Positions 1 to 9,414 of a stretch of 49,599 nucleotides of DNA are shown piece after piece. Made by a program: the position numbers and the translations under genes. The notes under the pieces were generated by a model, which saw only the letters and a list, made by a program, of their open reading frames with translations, searched no databases and was not told the DNA's origin. The stretch comes from Candidatus Pelagibacterales bacterium. Its GTDB lineage: Bacteria > Pseudomonadota > Alphaproteobacteria > TMED109. The DNA is taken from contig PCCU01000017.1 of assembly GCA_002732015.1 (NCBI GenBank), forward strand, positions 8,350-57,948, in the 5' to 3' direction. Within the stretch, counting starts at the first letter, position 1. Each line of letters starts with the position of its first letter.

Positions 1-467
1 CAACTTCCTATTGCTAAGTAACCACCTGCCATAAGAATACTTCCCAAATAACTAGCCATAATTACTCCATTATCAGGATTACCTAAAAAATTTACTGTTA
101 TCCATAATGGAAAGGTAAGAGTTAAGGCTATGATAGTAAATATCCAGGCAGCTAAAAACTTTCCAATCACTATTTCTCCTATACTTATTGGAAGAGTTGT
201 AATAAATTCAATCGTACCTGATTTCTTTTCCTCCGCCCATAAACGCATAGTGATGGAGGGTATCAAAAATAAATACAACCAGGGATGCCACTCAAAAAAA
301 CTTGATAAACTAGCTTGGCCTAACTGAAAAAAATTACCTAAATAAAAGGTAAATAATCCCGATAAAATAAGAAATATTGCAATAAAAACATATGCTACAG
401 GGGTAGAAAAATAGCTTAATATTTCTCTTTTAAAAACATTAGTTATGCTATAAATTAAATTATTCAT
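1..467 (-). CDS. ABC-2 type permease (GldF-like), 3' end runs off the window
   Basis: Not in the ORF track. Manual translation from ATG at 467: MNNLIYSITNVFKREILSYFSTPVAYVFIAIFL...FFEWHPWLYLFLIPSITMRLWAEEKKSGTIE. Start overlaps the stop of the upstream ABC ATPase. Confidence 0.85.
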   Translation of the reverse strand, partial: MNNLIYSITNVFKREILSYFSTPVAYVFIAIFLILSGLFTFYLGNFFQLGQASLSSFFEWHPWLYLFLIPSITMRLWAEEKKSGTIEFITTLPISIGEIVIGKFLAAWIFTIIALTLTFPLWITVNFLGNPDNGVIMASYLGSILMAGGYLAIGS

Positions 468-1389
468 CTGCAGTTAATTTCCTAAAAACTTCCTCTAGGT
501 TACCATTTCCTATAGAGTAATGATTTATAGTAAACTTATTTTTTTTTATAAAATCATTTAATTTATTTTTAATTAGATTCATTTTTTTTTCTTTAATCAC
601 ACAAAAATTATGCATAATTTCAATTTCGTTTGTAATTTTATTATTTAATAGGGCCTGTTTTAGCTCAACAGGTTTTTTTTCTTCAATAGATATAAATATG
701 CTATTATAAGTATCAGATTTTTTTAACAAATTATTAGGCTTTTCGTCTAGTAAAAGCTTACCCTTAGCTATTATCATAGCTCTATTACAAATAGCAGTTA
801 CCTCTTCTAAAATGTGAGTAGAAATTATTATAGCTTTTTGTTTGCCAAGCTTTCTTATTAATTTTCTAACATCATTTTTTTGATTAGGATCTAATCCATC
901 TGTAGGCTCGTCTAAAATTAATATATCAGGATCATGAATTATAGCTTGAGCCAAACCAATTCTTCTCTTATAACCCTTAGATAGAGTTTCAATTTTTTGA
1001 AATAATACATTTTTTAAATTTAGAAGCTCTATAACTTTATTTAGGGCCTTATCAAGATTTGCATTATTAATTCTTCTGATTTTTGCAGAAAATTTTAGAA
1101 AGTCTATGGCGCTCATTTCTTGATAAAGAGGTGACCCTTCTGGAACATAACCCATATACTTTCTGCAATACTCTAAATTTTCAAATAAATTACAGTTCTT
1201 TACTAGAATTTCTCCATTAGAAGGCTTTATAAATCCTGTTAACATTCTCATTGTAGTTGTCTTTCCTGCACCATTAGGCCCTAAAAAACCTAATATTTCT
1301 CCTCGATCTAATGAGAAAGAAAGGTTTTCTACTGCTTTTAATAAACCAAAAGACTTTGACAAAGTATTAATTTTTAATAATTTACTCAT
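460..1389 (-). CDS. ABC transporter ATP-binding protein (GldA-like exporter family)
   Basis: Walker A GPNGAGKTT, signature LSKGYKRR, Walker B ILILDEPT, H-loop STHIL. Confidence 0.9.
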   Translation of the reverse strand: MSKLLKINTLSKSFGLLKAVENLSFSLDRGEILGFLGPNGAGKTTTMRMLTGFIKPSNGEILVKNCNLFENLEYCRKYMGYVPEGSPLYQEMSAIDFLKFSAKIRRINNANLDKALNKVIELLNLKNVLFQKIETLSKGYKRRIGLAQAIIHDPDILILDEPTDGLDPNQKNDVRKLIRKLGKQKAIIISTHILEEVTAICNRAMIIAKGKLLLDEKPNNLLKKSDTYNSIFISIEEKKPVELKQALLNNKITNEIEIMHNFCVIKEKKMNLIKNKLNDFIKKNKFTINHYSIGNGNLEEVFRKLTADE

Positions 1390-1481
1390 ATTGTTTAAAT
1401 AAGGATATTTTTTTTAAAACATTGTTAGACTTTTAATATTATATAATAATAAATTAAATATATTCTAATAAAAAAAATATA

Positions 1482-2042
1482 ATGCTTATAAATAGTAAAA
1501 TTGTCAATAAAGGGTGGAAACTGAAACCATTTGAGTTGCTTTCTGTACAAGGGAGTAATGTTAATGAAAAAATTTTATTTAAAAAGAATGGTCTAGTTAT
1601 AGCCTTCATTTGCAATCATTGTCCATATGTAAAAGATATCATTAATAGATTAGTTATGGACTTTCAAGAGCTAAATGGAATTGATGTAGGTACAGTCGCA
1701 ATAATGCCAAATGATGCAGAAAGTTATCCTGAAGACTCTTATGAAAATATGATAAAGTTTGCTAAAGAAAATAATTTTTCTTTTCACTATCTATTCGATC
1801 AAAGCCAAGAAATAGCAAAAAGTTATAATGCTGTATGTACTCCTGATTTTTTTTGTTTTGATAAAAATAAAGAATTGTTTTACAGAGGGAGATTGGATAA
1901 TTTAAAGTACAAATCCAAAGACTCTTTATCTCGTATAAAAGAGTTAGTAAATGCATGCAAATTAAAAAATACAAAAGGTCTAGCGGTAGAAAAACAATAT
2001 TCTAGTATGGGCTGTTCAATAAAATGGAAAAAAAGTCAATAA
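1482..2042 (+). CDS. Thioredoxin-fold / AhpC-TSA-like protein (PRX_like1 type)
   Basis: FICNHCPYV, YPEDSYENM, AVCTPDFF, YRGRLD, C-terminal SMGCSIKWK. Confidence 0.85.
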   Translation: MLINSKIVNKGWKLKPFELLSVQGSNVNEKILFKKNGLVIAFICNHCPYVKDIINRLVMDFQELNGIDVGTVAIMPNDAESYPEDSYENMIKFAKENNFSFHYLFDQSQEIAKSYNAVCTPDFFCFDKNKELFYRGRLDNLKYKSKDSLSRIKELVNACKLKNTKGLAVEKQYSSMGCSIKWKKSQ

Positions 2043-3067
2043 TATCAATTAAAGATACATTATTAAAATTTATAGTAGCAGATTATAAAACTACTTTACT
2101 TGATGCAGCTTTAAATTCAAATATTAGCTTACCTCACGGCTGTAAGTCAGGAGCATGTGGTTCTTGCAAAGCTGAATTAATAGAAGGAAATGTTAAAACT
2201 AAAAGCAGTGAAGCCTCTACAACAGAAAAAACTATATTACTTTGTCAATCATATGCCTGCTCAAAAAAAATGATCATAGCATATCCAACTAATAAACTTA
2301 ATATAATACAAACGCAAAATAAGAAAGAAAAATCTTTTATTCCTAAAGAGTTTTCCTTGCAAGTAGTAGGAAATAAATCTGTAACACCTCTGGTAAAAGA
2401 ATTGAGCTTTTTTGTTCCTCCAAAATTAAATCTTAAATTTCAACCTGGAGCATATATGGAAATTTATGATAATAATAATACGGCAAAAAAGTACTCGATT
2501 GTTAATGCTCCAGCAAAGTTTAATAATTTAAATAAAAACATAATTAAATTTTTAATCACAAAAAATGAAAGAAAAGGATTAAGTCAGTTCATACATGATA
2601 TAGTAAAAGTAGGGGATATTTTAAAATTGAAAGGGCCATACTTATCGTTTCAATATAATATCAAAAGCAACAAACCTATTTTAGCTATTGCTGGAGGTTC
2701 AGGTATATCTCCTATTTTATCAATTGTAAAAAGTGCTCTTTTTAAAAATAAAAATTTAAATGTAATGATTTTTCAATCAGTTAGAAATAGACAGGAAATT
2801 TTAGAAATGAATAGTCTTTATAATTTAAAAGAAAGATATAAAAATGTTTCTTTTAAAATAACTCTTACTAGAGAAGAACTTAACCAAAATAGTCAATTTC
2901 TTTTTGGTAGAGTGAACACTTCTTTACAGAAAGTATTTAAGGACTTATCAACACACCAATTGCTTATTGCAGGTGCTGACGCTTTTGTAGATGCTTCCTA
3001 TGAGCATGCAATTAAATTAAATGCAAATGAAAATAATATATTTTTCGAAAAGTTTAGCAGTAATTAA
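2024..3067 (+). CDS. 2Fe-2S ferredoxin / FAD / NAD(P)H oxidoreductase (AscD/DmpP-like reductase)
   Basis: CKSGACGSC...LLCQS 2Fe-2S motif; FQPGAY, KGPY, AGGSGISP, terminal FFEKF. Confidence 0.8.
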   Translation: MEKKSIISIKDTLLKFIVADYKTTLLDAALNSNISLPHGCKSGACGSCKAELIEGNVKTKSSEASTTEKTILLCQSYACSKKMIIAYPTNKLNIIQTQNKKEKSFIPKEFSLQVVGNKSVTPLVKELSFFVPPKLNLKFQPGAYMEIYDNNNTAKKYSIVNAPAKFNNLNKNIIKFLITKNERKGLSQFIHDIVKVGDILKLKGPYLSFQYNIKSNKPILAIAGGSGISPILSIVKSALFKNKNLNVMIFQSVRNRQEILEMNSLYNLKERYKNVSFKITLTREELNQNSQFLFGRVNTSLQKVFKDLSTHQLLIAGADAFVDASYEHAIKLNANENNIFFEKFSSN

Positions 3068-3360
3068 TTTTTATTATCCTCTTCCTTATTTTTTTCATAA
3101 TCAACTTCAATATAGTCTTTATTATTATTTTCATAAATATTGTAAAAATCACCTTTATTTGTAGTGCTATAAAATTTATTGGAAAATTTTTTTTTGATAA
3201 AATAAAAAAATATTTTTTTTCTAAATAAATACAGCACCATCACTAGAGGCAGCGCAATAATTGCAAAAAATGCAAAGAAAAATATTATAGTAAATAAAAT
3301 TGCTAATGTAAAAATTACTCCTATTAGAGTTTTAAGATTAAAAAAGAATGGCATTAGCAA
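3064..3360 (-). CDS. Small hypothetical membrane protein
   Basis: Long hydrophobic N-terminal half, basic stretch, acidic tail DYIEVDYE; 2 nt downstream of pimD; ATG at 3354 is an alternative start. Confidence 0.6.
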   Translation of the reverse strand: MLMPFFFNLKTLIGVIFTLAILFTIIFFFAFFAIIALPLVMVLYLFRKKIFFYFIKKKFSNKFYSTTNKGDFYNIYENNNKDYIEVDYEKNKEEDNKN

Positions 3361-3362
3361 AG

Positions 3363-4475
3363 TTAATCATTACTGGCATATCTTTCCTTATGATAGTCAG
3401 TGCTTCCAAATAGTGAACAAAATGTTGTAATTCTTGAAAAATAATGCCCTATGTTCATCTCTTTTGCTACTCCCATACCACCATGAAGTTGTATACAATC
3501 CTGAGCCATTTTCTTCGCATGAGTGCCTAGAAATAACTTGTTTAAGGAAATATTTTTTTTTCTGTAATTTTCGTCTTCCATGGAAAGTTGAGCCATATAA
3601 TTTAATGATCTCATTTCTTCTTTTACAATATGCATATCAACTAATCTATGCTGAATTACTTGAAAAGATCCTATTTTCTTTCCAAACTGCTCTCTTGTTT
3701 TACAATATTCTAGAGTTAATTTATACATTGTATCGATAATTCCTAAAGCCTGTGAACACATAGATAAAGTAGCATAGTCAATTATGTAATCTAATTTTTC
3801 AAAAAAATCTTTTTTATTTACAACCGTAAAAAGGTCACTATCTTTTAATTCAAAAGAGTTAAACTCTATCTGAGAGGAAATTAAACTATCTATAGTCTCA
3901 AAGTTTCTAATATCATAGGAGTCCATATTATTTTTTAGTAGGTAGACGTATATTTTATCCTCAAATAATAATGGGGTTAAAAGATAATCAAATTCGTTTA
4001 AGCCTAAAACAAAATTATACTTACCAGAAACGTAAAGCTTATCTTTATTATTTTTAACTCTTAGACTATTTGATATCAAATTTTTATAGTTTTCATTAGG
4101 AGAAAATAATAAAGAATATACTCTTTCTCCTGATATAATTTCTTTAAGGTACTTTATGCTATTCTCATTTGAAAATTTTTCAAAAAGTTTTCCAACAATT
4201 AAATTATTAAATATTATGGGCTCTAATACTAGAGCAGAACCTAAACTCTCCATTAATGTCATTAGATTGTTAATGTTTCCGTCAAAACCCCCAACCTCTT
4301 CTTTAAAAGCTATTCCTAGCCAACCTAATTCAGCGAAACTTCTCCAATTATTGTTATGTGAGTCTTTTTTATTTTCTAAGAAAAATCTTCTTTTTTCAAA
4401 AGAGTAATTATCACTTAAAAACTTTTCAGCACTTTCTCTTATTAATACTTGATCTTCAGACAAACTAAGGTTCAT
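3363..4475 (-). CDS. pimD: Acyl-CoA dehydrogenase, small subunit of heteromeric ACAD (PimD-like)
   Basis: REQFGKKIGSFQVIQHRLVDM, IQLHGGMG, FGSTDYH; start overlaps the stop of the PimC-like gene. Confidence 0.7.
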   Translation of the reverse strand: MNLSLSEDQVLIRESAEKFLSDNYSFEKRRFFLENKKDSHNNNWRSFAELGWLGIAFKEEVGGFDGNINNLMTLMESLGSALVLEPIIFNNLIVGKLFEKFSNENSIKYLKEIISGERVYSLLFSPNENYKNLISNSLRVKNNKDKLYVSGKYNFVLGLNEFDYLLTPLLFEDKIYVYLLKNNMDSYDIRNFETIDSLISSQIEFNSFELKDSDLFTVVNKKDFFEKLDYIIDYATLSMCSQALGIIDTMYKLTLEYCKTREQFGKKIGSFQVIQHRLVDMHIVKEEMRSLNYMAQLSMEDENYRKKNISLNKLFLGTHAKKMAQDCIQLHGGMGVAKEMNIGHYFSRITTFCSLFGSTDYHKERYASND

Positions 4476-5671
4476 TACAGACCTAAAACCATTTTTGAAA
4501 GAATATTTTTTTGAATCTCATTTGATCCACCATAAATAGTTGTTTTTCTGAGATTCAAATAATCAGCCCCCGTATTAGTTGCATATTCAGGACCTGGAAA
4601 ATACTCATTACTTTTTTCAGTTTGGCTTTCATTCGTTTTTAAAAGGCCAAAATATCCGACCGCCTCTAATGTAAGTTCACTTATTTTTTGCTGCAACTCT
4701 GATCCTCTAATTTTTAAAAAAGATGCCTCAGGTCCAGGCGCAGTACCTTTTGCTTCTTCTGATAAAATTCTTAACTCAGAATATTCTAGCGCATGCATAT
4801 CCATTTCTAGTTCCGTAAGTTTATCCCTAAATCTTATATTACTTATCAATGGTTTGTTATCATATGTTTCTTGTGAAGCTATATATTTTAATTTTTTAAT
4901 AGCACTTTTTGACCTTGCCACTTGAGCTATACTAGTACGTTCGTGGCTTAAAAGATATTTAGCTACTGTCCACCCTTTATTTTCTTGATAAATTAAGTTT
5001 TCTTTTGGAACTACTACATCCTCCAGATAAACAGTATTTATCTCGTGACTATCATCTAAAGTTATAATAGGTTCAACTTTTATGCCTTTTGTATTCATAT
5101 CAATTAATAGAAAAGATATTCCTTCTTGAGGTTTAGCCTCCGTATTAGTTCTAACTAAGCAAAACATCCAATCAGCATATTGAGCTAAAGTAGTCCAAGT
5201 TTTAGTGCCGTTAATAATATAGTTATTACCGTCAGATAAGGCTTTTGTCTGCAAAGATGCTAAATCCGAACCAGAACCTGGCTCAGAATAGCCTTGACAC
5301 CACCAATGTTCTGAATTTAGTATCTTTGGAAGAAATTTTTCTTTTTGCTTTTTTGTTCCAAACTCAATTATTACTGGGCCAACCATTGTAACTCCAAAAG
5401 GTACTATCTGAGGTGTGTTTGCAAATGCCGTTTCCTGATCAAATATATATCTTTGCATCGGTGTCCAATTGCATCCACCATACTCTTTAGGCCAATTATA
5501 AGCAAACTTACCTGCTTTAAATAAGTCTTTTTGCCATTTTATAATTTCATCTTTTGTATATTTCCCACCATTCGATACTCTTTTTTGGGCCTCTTGTGAT
5601 AAATTATCTCTTATAAAATCTTTTATTTCTTTTCTAAATTTATTATCGGCTTCTGTATAGTTTAAATTCAT
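4475..5671 (-). CDS. pimC: Acyl-CoA dehydrogenase, large subunit (PimC-like)
   Basis: WWCQGYSEPGSGSDLASL, KTWTTLAQYADWMF, TIYGGSNEIQKNI. Confidence 0.75.
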   Translation of the reverse strand: MNLNYTEADNKFRKEIKDFIRDNLSQEAQKRVSNGGKYTKDEIIKWQKDLFKAGKFAYNWPKEYGGCNWTPMQRYIFDQETAFANTPQIVPFGVTMVGPVIIEFGTKKQKEKFLPKILNSEHWWCQGYSEPGSGSDLASLQTKALSDGNNYIINGTKTWTTLAQYADWMFCLVRTNTEAKPQEGISFLLIDMNTKGIKVEPIITLDDSHEINTVYLEDVVVPKENLIYQENKGWTVAKYLLSHERTSIAQVARSKSAIKKLKYIASQETYDNKPLISNIRFRDKLTELEMDMHALEYSELRILSEEAKGTAPGPEASFLKIRGSELQQKISELTLEAVGYFGLLKTNESQTEKSNEYFPGPEYATNTGADYLNLRKTTIYGGSNEIQKNILSKMVLGL

Positions 5672-5675
5672 TTAA

Positions 5676-8600
5676 TTATCCTTTGCTTTCTAGTAACTCT
5701 AAAATTTTTTTAACTAAACTAATAATATCAAATAATTGTTTTTTAGCATCATCAATTTCATGAATTATTTTTATTTCATGACTGTTCTTTAATATAATTT
5801 TATTTTTATTATTTGTAACCCATTTTATAAAATTTTCAGAATATTCTGTACGTCTCTCGTCAAATTTAATTGAATACATTTTTTTAAAAACGTAAATTTT
5901 TGAAATACTACATTTTCTTGCTAACAGCTTAAGCACCATAACGTCTAGATAATTAGAGAATTCATCTGGAATAACACCAAACCTATTTATCATTTCTACT
6001 TTAAATAAATTTAATTCATCTATTTCTTGGATTTCACCAACTCTTCTATATAAAGATAATCTCAATGATAAATCAGGAATATATTTATCAGGTATTAATA
6101 TTGGCAACTTAATAGAAACCTCTATTTCTTCTGTATGAGTATAATTATCTATATTTTTAATATCATTAATACACTCTTTTAAAAGTCTTTGGTACATTTC
6201 TATACCTACCTGAGTTATTTGTCCTGATTGTTCTTCTCCCAATAGATTGCCTGCTCCTCTTATATCAAGATCATAATTAGCTAACTGCATCCCTGCACCT
6301 AGTGTATCCATCGTCTGTAAAGCCTTTAATCTCCTTACAGCATTACCTGAAATATTATTATTTTCTAAGGTAAAATACGCATAAGCTTTTTTATCACTTC
6401 TGCCAATTCTACCCCTTAATTGATGAAGTTGTGCTAGCCCAAAGTAATCAGATTTATAAACAATTAAAGTATTTGCTCTTGGTATATCTAATCCAGCTTC
6501 AACAATGGTAGTAGAAATTAAAAGATCAATTTTATAATTATAAAAGTGATCCATTACTTCTTCTAGTTCATTAGAACTAAGTTTTCCATGAGCTATACCT
6601 ATTCTTAATTTTGGATAAATAGAAAGTATTTTTTTATAAATGCCTTGAATATCTTTAACTTTAGGAACTATTAAATAAATTTGACCTGCTCTATTTTTTT
6701 CATTAAAAATTGCATTTTTAATAATAATTTTATCAAATTTTATAACCTTAGTTTCTATCGATTTTCTGTCAACAGGAGGTGTTTTAATTAAACTTAAATC
6801 CTTAATACCCAATAGTGACATATGCAAAGTTCTTGGGATAGGAGTAGCCGTTAAGGTAAGTAAATGCACATTATTTTTAATTTGTTTAATTTTTTCTTTA
6901 TGAGAAACTCCAAATCTTTGTTCTTCATCTATAATTACTAAACCTATACTTGAATTACTTAAGTTTTCTGAAAATATTGCATGAGTAGAAATGAGAATTT
7001 TAATTTTTTTTTTTATGAAGTCATTAATTATATTGGTGCGTTGGTATTTTTTTGTGTTTCGGTCAAGCAACTCTACATTTTCAACTCTATAAAATCTTTT
7101 TTTAAAAGTATTATAATGTTGCCTTGCTAGCAAAGTAGTAGGCGCAATAAGCAATACATTATATTTATTATCTGTAACTATTGACGAAGCTCTAAGAGCT
7201 ATTTCAGTCTTTCCAAAACCAACGTCTCCACATACTAATCTATCCATTAACTTTCCAGAAGCTAAGTCTCTATATACTTCTTCCAATGTTGCTAGTTGAT
7301 CTTCTGTTTCCTCAAAATTAAATCCTTTAGCAAAATTTTCTAATTTATTGTAGTCGATAGATAATTTTTTACCCTTTATAATCAACCTTTTTGCTGCCAA
7401 AGCAATTAAATTATTAGCCAAATCTCTTATTTTATTTTTAACTAATGTCCTTCTTTTTATCCAATTACTTGACCCTAGTTTATCTAAACTAACTACTCCT
7501 TTGGAATCTCCAAACTTTGAAATCAACCTAATATCCTCAACTGGCACATATAACTTTGAGTTCTCTAAATACTCTATGATTAAGCAATCATGAGGACTAT
7601 TATTTATTTTAATTGTTTTTAAACCTAAATACCTTCCTATTCCATGTTGAAAATGAACTACAAAGTCATTTATGAAAAGTTCCGCAATATCTATTAAATT
7701 ATTTCTTATTTTCTTTATTTTTACACTTTTTTGAGTTTTAAAAATCTCACTTAAAGTAATTACTTTTAGTAAAGGAAGCTCAAACCCCTCTTGTAAAGGT
7801 ATATCAATCAAATCCAATATATCAAAATCATCCATTGCTTTATCTATAGAAGAAATATTGTCTCTAAAGCTTTTTAATGATAATTTTTTTACTAGATTGA
7901 GAGCTTTATTTTTTTCGTTCTCAGCTGAGTAAGTTATAACTATTTTTTTTTTTCCTAAATTCCTATTTACTACTAAACTTAATCTTTTAATTACCTCTTC
8001 ATTAGAGGTGCTTATATTTTGAAATTCTAAATTTTGTTTGCAGTCAACATTTAAGGAGGTTTTTGTATTAATCTGAGAGAAATAAGAAAATTCTTTAAAC
8101 ATATTACTTTTATATATATTATCTAATTTTTCATTAGATATATAAAAAGTATTAGGATGTAGAGATCCGTTAATATTTTCGTTTTCAAATTCTTCTAAAT
8201 TAACCCTTTCAAAGTATAAATCAAATATACTCTTGATTTTTTCTTTAGACTTTTGAAGAAAATTGTCGTCAGAAAATATTATTTCTATGCCAAAAAAATC
8301 TATAATACTGCACAAATTATTGGAATAAAATAATGGAAGCCAATTCTCTATTCCATCTGCTCTAATATCATTTTTAAGTTTATGAATAAATAATTGGTCG
8401 CTAGCTGAAGGTCCAAAAAGATTCCTATAGTTTTCAGCAAAGTTTTGATTATATCTTTTGCTACGAGGAGACTCTAAAGAACTACTAAGAAAAATGCTAT
8501 TCAAGGATTTCATAGAAATTTGAGATATGGGGTTAAAGCTTTTAATGCTTTCTACTTTATTTCCAAAAAAATCTATTCTACGTGGATTTTCTTCTCCAAT

Positions 8601-9137
8601 CGGCCATATATCAAGAATCCCCCCCCTAACAGCATATTCGTATGGCTCTAGTACAATACTAACTTTTTCATATCCTATATCATAAAGACAAGCATTCAAT
8701 TTTTCTAAACTAAAATTATCGTTGACGTTTAATTTAAAATTACTTTCTTTTAAAAAATTTTTTTTAGGCACCATTTGTAGAAAAGCATCTATGTTAGTTA
8801 ACATTATAAATGAGTCATTTTTAATAATTTTGTCTTGCTCAAAGTTAAAGGATTTAAATCTTTCATTTAAAATATTTTGACTAGGTGATACTTCTTCATA
8901 TGGTTTGTTGTCCCAGGAAGGAAATTTAAGAATACTATCTTTATTAAAATATTTCTTAAGTAAGTTATAATAATAATTAATTTCATTATTATTATCTAAA
9001 ATCAGAAGTATTTTTTTTTTACTATGCTTCTCTTGCAACTCGTCTATTAAAAATGGTTTTATACCATTGTTAATATTAGAAAAATATCTGATATTAGTAT
9101 TATTTGATGTGTACTTTATTTTATCTAATATTTTCAC
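5676..9137 (-). CDS. mfd: Transcription-repair coupling factor Mfd
   Basis: AVRGGILDIWP, VVHFQHGIGRY, CGDVGFGKTE, DEEQRFG, QLRGRIGR, DIRGAGNLLGEEQSG. Confidence 0.97.
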   Translation of the reverse strand: MKILDKIKYTSNNTNIRYFSNINNGIKPFLIDELQEKHSKKKILLILDNNNEINYYYNLLKKYFNKDSILKFPSWDNKPYEEVSPSQNILNERFKSFNFEQDKIIKNDSFIMLTNIDAFLQMVPKKNFLKESNFKLNVNDNFSLEKLNACLYDIGYEKVSIVLEPYEYAVRGGILDIWPIGEENPRRIDFFGNKVESIKSFNPISQISMKSLNSIFLSSSLESPRSKRYNQNFAENYRNLFGPSASDQLFIHKLKNDIRADGIENWLPLFYSNNLCSIIDFFGIEIIFSDDNFLQKSKEKIKSIFDLYFERVNLEEFENENINGSLHPNTFYISNEKLDNIYKSNMFKEFSYFSQINTKTSLNVDCKQNLEFQNISTSNEEVIKRLSLVVNRNLGKKKIVITYSAENEKNKALNLVKKLSLKSFRDNISSIDKAMDDFDILDLIDIPLQEGFELPLLKVITLSEIFKTQKSVKIKKIRNNLIDIAELFINDFVVHFQHGIGRYLGLKTIKINNSPHDCLIIEYLENSKLYVPVEDIRLISKFGDSKGVVSLDKLGSSNWIKRRTLVKNKIRDLANNLIALAAKRLIIKGKKLSIDYNKLENFAKGFNFEETEDQLATLEEVYRDLASGKLMDRLVCGDVGFGKTEIALRASSIVTDNKYNVLLIAPTTLLARQHYNTFKKRFYRVENVELLDRNTKKYQRTNIINDFIKKKIKILISTHAIFSENLSNSSIGLVIIDEEQRFGVSHKEKIKQIKNNVHLLTLTATPIPRTLHMSLLGIKDLSLIKTPPVDRKSIETKVIKFDKIIIKNAIFNEKNRAGQIYLIVPKVKDIQGIYKKILSIYPKLRIGIAHGKLSSNELEEVMDHFYNYKIDLLISTTIVEAGLDIPRANTLIVYKSDYFGLAQLHQLRGRIGRSDKKAYAYFTLENNNISGNAVRRLKALQTMDTLGAGMQLANYDLDIRGAGNLLGEEQSGQITQVGIEMYQRLLKECINDIKNIDNYTHTEEIEVSIKLPILIPDKYIPDLSLRLSLYRRVGEIQEIDELNLFKVEMINRFGVIPDEFSNYLDVMVLKLLARKCSISKIYVFKKMYSIKFDERRTEYSENFIKWVTNNKNKIILKNSHEIKIIHEIDDAKKQLFDIISLVKKILELLESKG

Positions 9138-9384
9138 TTTTAATAAACTCTTCTACTAGACTTACTATCTTATCAGGAAAAACAGTGTCCCATTTTTTTT
9201 CACCTTTAACTATATAAAGAAGATCATTATCATCTATTAAATTAAGAAACTTTTCATATAAAACAAGTTCTTTATCTGACATTTTAGATACATATCTATC
9301 AAAAAACCTACCTAAAAACAAATCTGCCTCCTTTGTACCTCTATGCCAAGACCTATACTTCAGTTTATTTTTATACTTTTTCAT
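9121..9384 (-). CDS. sdhE: Succinate dehydrogenase flavinylation factor SdhE/Sdh5
   Basis: YRSWHRGTKEADLFLGRF (RGxxE motif); lies between mfd and recG as in many alphaproteobacteria. Confidence 0.9.
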   Translation of the reverse strand: MKKYKNKLKYRSWHRGTKEADLFLGRFFDRYVSKMSDKELVLYEKFLNLIDDNDLLYIVKGEKKWDTVFPDKIVSLVEEFIKSENIR

Positions 9385-9414
9385 TTTTTTGTTTTAACAT
9401 ATATATCTATAAAT

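Noticed and set aside
1-1389. Gliding motility from GldA/GldF similarity
   Set aside because: This ABC exporter family is widespread in non-gliding proteobacteria, and no other gld/T9SS genes are in the window.
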